A DNA stretch of 64,000 nt from Desulfatiglandales bacterium. GTDB lineage: Bacteria; Desulfobacterota; DSM-4660; Desulfatiglandales; Desulfatiglandaceae. Within the stretch, counting starts at the first letter, position 1. Every line of letters begins with the position of its first letter. Below, in pieces: positions 62,028 through 64,000 of the stretch. The notes under the pieces were generated by a model that was not told the DNA's origin, ran no database searches, and worked only from the letters and a program-made list of their open reading frames with translations. The stretch lies in the NCBI GenBank assembly GCA_963666345.1, contig OY762721.1, positions 992,001 to 1,056,000 on the forward strand. Direction: 5' to 3'. A program made the position numbers and the translations under genes.

Positions 62028-62771
62028 TTACTTCCTGACCATCTCGAATAACGGGTCTTTTGCGAGGTCTATATCAGTGCTCCTGGCAATAGTGTTAACA
62101 ACATCCGAAAGATGGTTGACCATACTGATTTCGGCCTTTTCAACATCGTGAGCGATTAGACTCTCGACAATCTTTTCGTGAAAGTGCATGGCATTGTCAA
62201 TCGATCCGGGCAATACTGCCACCTCCAGAATAAACTGATTAAGCATCTCCCACACGGTTTCCAGAAATTTCGTAAGAACCGAATTTTTACACGCCTGTGC
62301 AAGCTTCATATGAAACCGGGCATCCAGGCGGCTGAACCCGGCTATATCACCTTTTTTAAAGGCATTCTTCTGCTGACGAATAATATCTTTCAATGCCTTG
62401 ATATCCTCCGAAGTCGCCCTTTTGGCGGCCAGACAGACAGTGGTCTTTTCGACAAAAACCCTTGCCTCCAGAAACTCCCTTACGGTTGAAGGCCTGAGAA
62501 GCAGATGATCTGAAAGAGAGGAGACATAGCTAGCGGCACTTGTAACATTTATGACGGTTCCGACACCCTGTCTTGTTGTCACAAGGCCCATCACGGTCAG
62601 TTTGTTTATCGCCTCCCGCAAGGTATTTCTGCTCACCCCGAACTGCCTCGCAAGTTCATCCTGAGAGGGCAGTCTGTCACCCGGAGTAAGCCGTTCAGAC
62701 ATTATCCATTCATGAAGCGTCTTGAATATCTCTTCAGCGGCAGAAGTACGTTTTATTCCTGAAAACTGCAT
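62028..62771 (-). CDS. FadR/GntR family regulator
   Basis: PGDRLPSQDELARQFGVSRNTLREA, DARFH..CKN. Confidence 0.92.
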   Translation of the reverse strand: MQFSGIKRTSAAEEIFKTLHEWIMSERLTPGDRLPSQDELARQFGVSRNTLREAINKLTVMGLVTTRQGVGTVINVTSAASYVSSLSDHLLLRPSTVREFLEARVFVEKTTVCLAAKRATSEDIKALKDIIRQQKNAFKKGDIAGFSRLDARFHMKLAQACKNSVLTKFLETVWEMLNQFILEVAVLPGSIDNAMHFHEKIVESLIAHDVEKAEISMVNHLSDVVNTIARSTDIDLAKDPLFEMVRK

Positions 62772-62823
62772 TGAGTCACCTATCTTCCTGAAAACACTTG
62801 TTTTACATTTATGCCCATAGAGG

Positions 62824-64000
62824 TCAGTTCCCCATCAGGGAAGGAAGCCATAATGAAAGACCCGGGAAGGCCATGGTTAAAGCCAGAGCTACGATCGTCA
62901 AGGCCAGATAGGGCATATTTGCCTTATACACATCAGTCATGGTTATATAATCAGGTGCGACGCTTCCCATATAAAAACAGGACGGCCCGAAGGGAGGCGA
63001 AAGGTATGACACATGCATATTCATGCAAAACAAAACTCCGAACCAGATATTACTGAACTCCAGCTCAAGGACAATCGGTACAAAAAGCGGCATGGTAAGA
63101 AGTAGGATGCCTATCCAGTCCAGGAACATCCCCAGAAATATCAGTATAAGCTGCATAACTATGATGATGCCCCAGCGGCCGAGAGGCAGTGAGGTGATGG
63201 TGTTTTGCACAAAGTCCGATCCGCCTGCCAGCGTATAGACCCCTATAATAGTCTGAGCCCCGAAAAAAAGCCAGGTCAGCATGCAGCTAACCTTAAGGGT
63301 CTCATAACAGGCCTGTTTCATGCTTTCCCAGTGCAGCCTGCGGTTCACTGCGGCACTCAATATCGCCCCGAAGCATCCTATTCCGGCGGCCTCGGTCGGG
63401 GTTGCAACACCGGCGTAGATGGTGCCGAGAACGGTAGCGGCGAGGATACCGGGCATGATCAGGCCCTTCAACAGGGAAAGCTTTTTCTTCAAAGGCACGT
63501 CTCTTTCCTCAGGAGGAGCAATCGGAGCGGTGCTGGGATCTATCCATGTGACGACCACGATATAACCGATGAATAAGGCGCCAAGCAGAAGGCCGGGGAT
63601 TATCCCGGCGATGAAAAGTTCTCCTACCGGGCACCCTGCGGTCATGGCATATACGATGAAAACAACGCTCGGCGGAATCAGGGTGGCCATACCGCCACCC
63701 GATGTAATACTTCCAAGTGCTATGCTCTTTGAGTAACCCCTTTCGAGCATCTGAGGCAGTGCTATAAGGCCGAATGTAACGATCTCCGCTCCCACGATAC
63801 CGACCATGGCCGCCATAATCACACAGGCGATTATTGTTCCTATAGCAAGCCCCCCGCGCAGGGGACCTGACCACACATATACCGCCTTGAACAGCTGCTC
63901 CGCGACTCCCGCCTTTTCAAGTATACAGGCCATGAACACGAAAAGAGGAACAGCCACAAGGGTATAATTCAACATCATATGGTAAACCCGGGTCATGGAC
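62824..64000 (-). CDS. dctM: TRAP transporter large permease DctM, 5' end outside window
   Basis: AVPLFVFM, LIPPS, ATPTEAAG, LSPPFG; highly hydrophobic. Confidence 0.92.
   Translation of the reverse strand, partial: SMTRVYHMMLNYTLVAVPLFVFMACILEKAGVAEQLFKAVYVWSGPLRGGLAIGTIIACVIMAAMVGIVGAEIVTFGLIALPQMLERGYSKSIALGSITSGGGMATLIPPSVVFIVYAMTAGCPVGELFIAGIIPGLLLGALFIGYIVVVTWIDPSTAPIAPPEERDVPLKKKLSLLKGLIMPGILAATVLGTIYAGVATPTEAAGIGCFGAILSAAVNRRLHWESMKQACYETLKVSCMLTWLFFGAQTIIGVYTLAGGSDFVQNTITSLPLGRWGIIIVMQLILIFLGMFLDWIGILLLTMPLFVPIVLELEFSNIWFGVLFCMNMHVSYLSPPFGPSCFYMGSVAPDYITMTDVYKANMPYLALTIVALALTMAFPGLSLWLPSLMGN

Overview
Gene-dense window from an anaerobic bacterium, most likely Desulfobacterota (inferred from HdrA/HdrL, AOR, AcsE/RACE-type genes and the short intergenic repeat families). 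No rRNA, intact tRNA, CRISPR array, integrase or transposase was found. Four blocks: (1) ~1-21.2 kb, all on the minus strand and heavily rearranged: a PAS-sigma54 activator, two copies of a sigma54/IHF/UAS promoter module, envelope and small proteins (OmpA, BON, LapA-like, DUF2141, DUF3096), hflKC, a B12 radical SAM, a probable second groES-groEL, ppsA, gpmA, class I fba, a 2-oxoacid:ferredoxin oxidoreductase alpha subunit, and several gene remnants. (2) 21.7-34 kb: an IclR-linked hdrL/hdrA/hdrC-like + Zn-ribbon + aldehyde:ferredoxin oxidoreductase + 4Fe-4S cluster, followed by moaD and Fe-S accessory genes. (3) 34-56 kb: metabolic genes, including the best candidate for an undescribed system: an acyl-CoA ligase(beta)-ferredoxin-ligase(alpha)-CoA ester lyase-glcDEF operon, a FadR regulator, mdh and oadGAB. 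The ligase and oad operons share the same sigma54 promoter + 26-bp upstream element + FadR-type operator layout, consistent with an ATP- and Na+-conserving anaerobic glycolate/malyl-CoA cycle. (4) 56-64 kb: a TRAP transporter + corrinoid methyltransferase cluster with a LarA-like gene, substrate unknown. All product calls come from motif recognition only; no database search was run.
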